Translations under genes and position numbers: made by a program
Shown here: positions 63,363-64,000 of the stretch, one piece after another
How the letters are laid out: each line of letters opens with the position of its first letter
Position numbering within the stretch: the first letter of the stretch is position 1
NCBI GenBank assembly: GCA_050260455.1
Contig: JBLNCF010000015.1
Span: 12,269 to 76,268 of the forward strand
Source: Bacillota bacterium
Lineage (GTDB): Bacteria; Patescibacteriota; Minisyncoccia; Phycocordibacterales; Phycocordibacteraceae
Reading direction: 5' to 3'
Length of the DNA: 64,000 nt
The notes under the pieces: model-generated
Told to the model about the DNA's origin: nothing
Databases searched by the model: none
The model's input: the letters and a program-made list of their open reading frames with translations, nothing else

Positions 63363-64000
63363 ATGTCCGACCATCCGCTTCCCCCTCGACCCATACGGAG
63401 TTTCGGGCCGCTCTTCGATTCGAGCCGGTTCAAGGACACGAAAGACCCCTGTATCTGCTTTGACGGAAAACTCTGGCACATCTATGGCTCCGGTGGCGAC
63501 ACTATTCCCGAGGACTGGATGGTCCTCCACGCGACGGCACCTGACATCGAGGGACCGTGGACGGAAGTGGAGCCACTCACACTGATTGGTCTTTCTGGAC
63601 CCCACATGGCTGCACCGAGCGTGATCTACGAGAACACGGACGAGCTATATCACATGGCGGTGCAACGCGACTTCATGGATATCGGCGGAGGTATCGAGTA
63701 CTTCACCTCCACCGACGGGCAAACATTCACCTGGGAGGAGACGCTTATTGAGCCAGAGGGACTGGCAGAGTCAGGTCTGTATGATCCACACTACGCAGAG
63801 ATCGGTGGCGAACGATATCTCATCTACTCGGGAATTCCCGGGTCCATTCCGACCGATATGCCCTTCACGCCCCAGCCAGACCTTTATCTCGCACGCAGTA
63901 TGTCAGGACTCTGGAACGGTCCGTACCAACGCATGGGCTGCGTACTCGATCATGACCGTATCGCCTGGCATCACAATCGACTCGGTCACCCCGATTACGA
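63363..64000 (+). CDS. Partial CDS (continues beyond the window end). Putative beta-propeller glycosidase-like protein (GH43/GH32/GH130 superfamily-like). In-frame ATGs at 63288, 63345 and 63363; start undecided.
   Basis: The frame is open for more than 210 codons to the window end. Translation from 63363: MSDHPLPPRPIRSFGPLFDSSRFKDTKDPCICFDGKLWHIYGSGGDTIPEDWMVLHATAPDIEGPWTEVEPL... The DP-x-I-x-FDG-x-W-H-I-Y pattern resembles the first blade of five-bladed propeller glycosidases. Confidence 0.35.
   Translation, partial: MSDHPLPPRPIRSFGPLFDSSRFKDTKDPCICFDGKLWHIYGSGGDTIPEDWMVLHATAPDIEGPWTEVEPLTLIGLSGPHMAAPSVIYENTDELYHMAVQRDFMDIGGGIEYFTSTDGQTFTWEETLIEPEGLAESGLYDPHYAEIGGERYLIYSGIPGSIPTDMPFTPQPDLYLARSMSGLWNGPYQRMGCVLDHDRIAWHHNRLGHPDY

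Overview
Bacterial chromosomal segment of about 58% GC in which almost all genes lie on the minus strand. The composition (divergent rRNA, rRNA insertions, unlinked rRNA genes, many small membrane proteins, weak Shine-Dalgarno usage) fits a reduced-genome lineage, possibly CPR/Patescibacteria-like. I cannot prove that assignment from sequence alone.

Contents, left to right:
- A glycosylation cluster: four family-4 glycosyltransferases, a truncated UDP-glucose-dehydrogenase-like gene, and a sugar-nucleotide epimerase fused to a glycosyltransferase half-domain.
- A soluble type-IV-secretion coupling-protein-like ATPase.
- rsmI-murC-NUDIX-murD.
- tRNA-Ile and a 16S rRNA that is not linked to the 23S-5S pair about 12 kb upstream.
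- pyrH, a DUF1653 gene, two tandem T4-phage-type dNMP-kinase-like genes, secD/secF, folD.
- A second polysaccharide cluster: epimerase, polyprenyl-phosphate sugar transferase, family-4 glycosyltransferase, and an FtsW/RodA-type protein.
- 23S-5S rRNA, with an excisable-looking insertion in 23S that carries a tRNA-like element.
- rplJ-rplL, then two tandem paralogous cell-surface proteins with peptidoglycan-binding domains.
- ftsK-recA, an ECF sigma factor with a putative anti-sigma, efp, rpsF-ssb-rpsR, tatD, metG, an AI-2E transporter, glyQS, a large repeat-containing surface protein, recO, ileS, argS, glyA, and a partial glycosidase-like ORF at the window end.

The most unusual item is an isoleucyl-tRNA synthetase with a roughly 155-aa histidine-phosphatase (phosphoglycerate-mutase-like) domain inserted at the catalytic-core/zinc-knuckle junction, keeping its conserved active-site residues. 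Other notable items are the 23S insertion with the tRNA-like element, the atypical 16S 3' end without a recognisable anti-Shine-Dalgarno sequence, and the paired surface proteins. I found no CRISPR array, transposase or integrase.
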